Of a stretch of DNA of 64,000 bases, positions 61,317-64,000 are shown in pieces (the stretch's first letter is position 1; each line of letters begins with the position of its first letter). Both the position numbers and the translations under genes were made by a program. Source of the DNA: Spartobacteria bacterium. GTDB taxonomy: Bacteria; Verrucomicrobiota; Verrucomicrobiia; Chthoniobacterales; UBA6821. The notes beneath the pieces were generated by a model. It was not told where the DNA came from. It worked only from the letters and a program-made list of their open reading frames with translations, and did no database searches. The DNA lies in assembly GCA_947471565.1 (NCBI GenBank), contig CANIVT010000001.1, forward strand, positions 407 to 64,406, written 5' to 3'.

Positions 61317-61728
61317 GATTCGCCGCCCGCGGACGGAGGAGATAGGAAGGCGGGAAAAGCGAATCGAACCGGTCACTCGTCGGAGGCTCCACGCGGAGCG
61401 AGACGGGTTGCATGGATGGAACGGTCACCGGAGGCTGGCTGTAGGAGGCTGCGTAAGCGCGGGGTTGGCCTGTTGTCCCGGGTTGATGCAGGATGACGAC
61501 GGAGGCTACGACCGCCACGGCGGCCGCCCCGGCATAGGCCATGGCTGGCACGCGGATCTCGGAGAGAATCGCATGGATTCTATCCATCAAGAGTTCTCCG
61601 ATTGAGGGGCGCAGAAGTTCCGCCCGTTGGCGCCTGTGGAATTCCCTCAGGAAGTCGTCAAAGTATCCTTCGCGTGGCTGCTCGTAGCGCTTGAGGCGGA
61701 TGATCCGGTGCATCGGTTCGTGACTCAT
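61294..61728 (-). CDS. Putative membrane anti-sigma factor
   Basis: Directly downstream of the ECF sigma; LKRYEQP.EGYFDDF, single TM. Confidence 0.55.
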   Translation of the reverse strand: MSHEPMHRIIRLKRYEQPREGYFDDFLREFHRRQRAELLRPSIGELLMDRIHAILSEIRVPAMAYAGAAAVAVVASVVILHQPGTTGQPRAYAASYSQPPVTVPSMQPVSLRVEPPTSDRFDSLFPPSYLLRPRAANHESPLSF

Positions 61729-61745
61729 GGAGCGAGGTTGGTTTC

Positions 61746-62342
61746 CTAGTTCTTTTTAAACTCGTGCAGGGAGTTTTGCAACTGCCTGTGGGCGTAAAAA
61801 AGCCGGGATCGGACGGTCCCCTCCGAGACCTTCAGGATTTTTGCGATCTCGGCGTGGGGGATTCCCTGAATATCGAACATGGTGACGGCCATTCTGTGAT
61901 CATGAGACAGCTTCATCATCGCTGTGTTCAATTTTTTTTGCAGTTCGTGGATGCCGACCTCTTTCGTCGGGTCCCCGTTACTGGTGGCCGCGATGAAGTC
62001 AGGGTCGTTCTCGATCCTGCTGTCCGGGTCGTTGAGGCTGGGGTGCTGGCGACGGTTCCTCTTCTTGAGGAAATTGATCGTCATGTTGACGGCGATCGAG
62101 TGCATCCAGGTATAGAAGCTCGAATTACCGCGAAAATTGGTGATGGAGCGGTAGGCCTTGGAGAAGATGTCCTGTAGAAGGTCGTTGGTGTCCTCGTGGT
62201 TGGAGGTCATGTGGTAGACCAGTCCGTAGAGTCGGGGACTGTATTTTACGACAAGCTCGTCAAACGCCGTCGGATCTCCCCCCTGTGTCCGGGCAACGAG
62301 TTCCATATCGTTGTTCGGTTGATTTTCCGTTTCTGGGGTCAT
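61746..62342 (-). CDS. ECF (RpoE-like) sigma-70 factor
   Basis: GD..AFDELV..Y, DLLQ, FRGNSSFYTW...IA.N, EIA.IL....GTVRSRL. Confidence 0.93.
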   Translation of the reverse strand: MTPETENQPNNDMELVARTQGGDPTAFDELVVKYSPRLYGLVYHMTSNHEDTNDLLQDIFSKAYRSITNFRGNSSFYTWMHSIAVNMTINFLKKRNRRQHPSLNDPDSRIENDPDFIAATSNGDPTKEVGIHELQKKLNTAMMKLSHDHRMAVTMFDIQGIPHAEIAKILKVSEGTVRSRLFYAHRQLQNSLHEFKKN

Positions 62343-62445
62343 CAGGGTGGGGAGTGGTATAGCAGGGCGCCCGATCAGCGCAAAATCCTTTCCTGCTCGA
62401 TCGCTTACTTGAATTGCTTCCGGGAATTTTCTATAAGTAAAACTC

Positions 62446-63192
62446 ATGAGCGGTCCTGCCTCCTCCTCCAAGAAATCCTGCTGCAGTTGCAGCCCGCTTT
62501 TTTCCTCTTCGATCGGCAGGAAATGGATCGTGGCCCTGACGGGAATCGTTCTTGTCCTGTTTGTGATCGGACACTTGTTGGGGAATCTCTCCATTTTCCT
62601 CGGTCCCGACGCGATGAATGCTTACGCGGCCTTCCTCAAGAGCACCGGCGAGTTGCTCTGGATCGTCCGCATCGTCCTGCTCACCTGCGTTGTTCTCCAT
62701 ATCTGGTTCACGATCACCCTCTGGCACGAGAACAAGCGCGCCCGTCCCCAAAAGTATGCCGTGAAAAACGAACTCGGCACCACCGTCTACGCCCGACTGA
62801 TGCGGATCTCCGGCCTGACGGTGCTGGCCTTTGTGATCTATCACTTGGCGCAGTTTACCTGGGAGGCCTTCAACCCCGAGTATAAGACCTGGGTCGACGC
62901 CCAGGGACGCCACGACGTCTACCGCATGGTCGTGACGGCTTTTTCCTGCCCGCTGGTGAGCGGCTTCTACCTCATTGCGGTGGGCCTGCTCGGCATGCAT
63001 CTGAGCCACGGCATCGCCAGCCTCTTCCAGACACTTGGCCTCTCCAACCAGAAGCTGCGCCCCGTCTTCGAGCGAGGAGGTTTGATCCTTGCCTGGATCC
63101 TCTTCGTCGGATTCGCCTCCATCCCGGCCTCCGTGCTTCTGGGGCTGGTCAAGGTGACTTCCGGACTTCCCTCCTGCCCCGTTTGCCACTGA
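62446..63192 (+). CDS. sdhC: Succinate dehydrogenase/fumarate reductase cytochrome b subunit (b558 type)
   Basis: SSIGRK..ALTG, HLLGNL, LHI, YHL, HLSHG..S.FQTLG. Confidence 0.92.
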   Translation: MSGPASSSKKSCCSCSPLFSSSIGRKWIVALTGIVLVLFVIGHLLGNLSIFLGPDAMNAYAAFLKSTGELLWIVRIVLLTCVVLHIWFTITLWHENKRARPQKYAVKNELGTTVYARLMRISGLTVLAFVIYHLAQFTWEAFNPEYKTWVDAQGRHDVYRMVVTAFSCPLVSGFYLIAVGLLGMHLSHGIASLFQTLGLSNQKLRPVFERGGLILAWILFVGFASIPASVLLGLVKVTSGLPSCPVCH

Positions 63193-63211
63193 GCCTCCCA
63201 CCGACCCGACC

Positions 63212-64000
63212 ATGATCCTTGACGCCAAAATCCCCGAGGGTCCGCTCGAGAAGAAGTGGACCTCCTTTAAGAACAACGCAAAGCTCATCAGTCCGGCCAA
63301 TAAACGGAAGTTCAAGGTCATCGTCGTCGGCACGGGGCTGGCTGGTTCCTCCGCCTCCGCGACGCTTGCGGAGCTCGGCTACCAAGTGGAGACCTTCTGC
63401 TTCCATGACAGCCCGCGCCGCGCCCATTCGATCGCCGCGCAGGGAGGCATCAATGCCGCCAAGAACTACCAGAACGACGGGGACAGCATCTGGCGTCTTT
63501 TCTATGACACGATCAAGGGAGGCGACTTCCGTGCCCGTGAGGCCAATGTCTACCGCCTCGCCGAGGTCAGCGGGAACATCATTGACCAGTGCGTTTCGCA
63601 AGGGGTTCCTTTTGCCAGGGAATACGGAGGCCAGCTGACAAACCGCTCCTTCGGCGGCGCCCAAGTCTCGCGAACCTTTTATGCCAAGGGTCAGACCGGC
63701 CAGCAGCTTCTCCTCGGCGCTTACTCGGCGCTGAGCGCCCAGATCGGACTCGGTCGGGTAACAATGCACGAGAACTCCGAGATGCTCGACCTCGTGCTCG
63801 TCGATGGGCATGCCAAGGGCATCGTCGTTCGCAACCTGATCACCGGCGAGATCTCGACCCACGCCGCCGATACCGTCCTGCTCTGCACGGGCGGCTATAG
63901 CAATGTCTACTACCTCTCGACCAACGCCCGCGGCTCCAACGTCACCGCCACCTGGCGTGCCTTCAAGCGCGGCGCCGCCTTTGCCAATCCCTGCTACACC
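63212..64000 (+). CDS. sdhA: Succinate dehydrogenase/fumarate reductase flavoprotein, runs off the window edge
   Basis: [11 protein letters not shown]..., [37 protein letters not shown]. Confidence 0.95.
   Translation, partial: MILDAKIPEGPLEKKWTSFKNNAKLISPANKRKFKVIVVGTGLAGSSASATLAELGYQVETFCFHDSPRRAHSIAAQGGINAAKNYQNDGDSIWRLFYDTIKGGDFRAREANVYRLAEVSGNIIDQCVSQGVPFAREYGGQLTNRSFGGAQVSRTFYAKGQTGQQLLLGAYSALSAQIGLGRVTMHENSEMLDLVLVDGHAKGIVVRNLITGEISTHAADTVLLCTGGYSNVYYLSTNARGSNVTATWRAFKRGAAFANPCYT

Overview
This is a GC-rich, mostly housekeeping bacterial chromosome segment. Gene content, gene order and SD-poor translation starts suggest Verrucomicrobiota (Chthoniobacterales/Spartobacteria-like); that assignment is inference. 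It holds about 60 CDS, including leuS, leuCD, leuA, icd, nusA-infB-rbfA-nrnA-truB-ribF, gltX, aroE, folD, rplS-rnhB-yraN, miaB, carB, lemA, ppa, hppA, nuoD, an ECF sigma cluster and sdhCA, plus one tRNA(CAU). I saw no CRISPR array, prophage, transposase or defence operon, and no clear-cut new multi-gene system. The notable signals are small-scale. (1) A ~100-nt structured repeat occurs in 4 copies, always in sense orientation just after a stop codon. (2) Several families of 7/8/9-nt-period inverted-repeat elements sit between operon genes, and one lies inside a CDS. (3) A lone AT-rich integron-type gene cassette has a truncated attC. (4) An unannotated Leu-rich leader peptide precedes leuA. 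(5) A (GA)14 tract sits at the start of a sensor kinase. (6) A stand-alone flap endonuclease and RNase HII both end in putative beta-clamp-binding tails. (7) There are two apparent pseudoproteases, a CxxCH tail on SdhC, and a K+ channel-ppa-hppA cluster. All calls are by eye from motifs; no database search was run.
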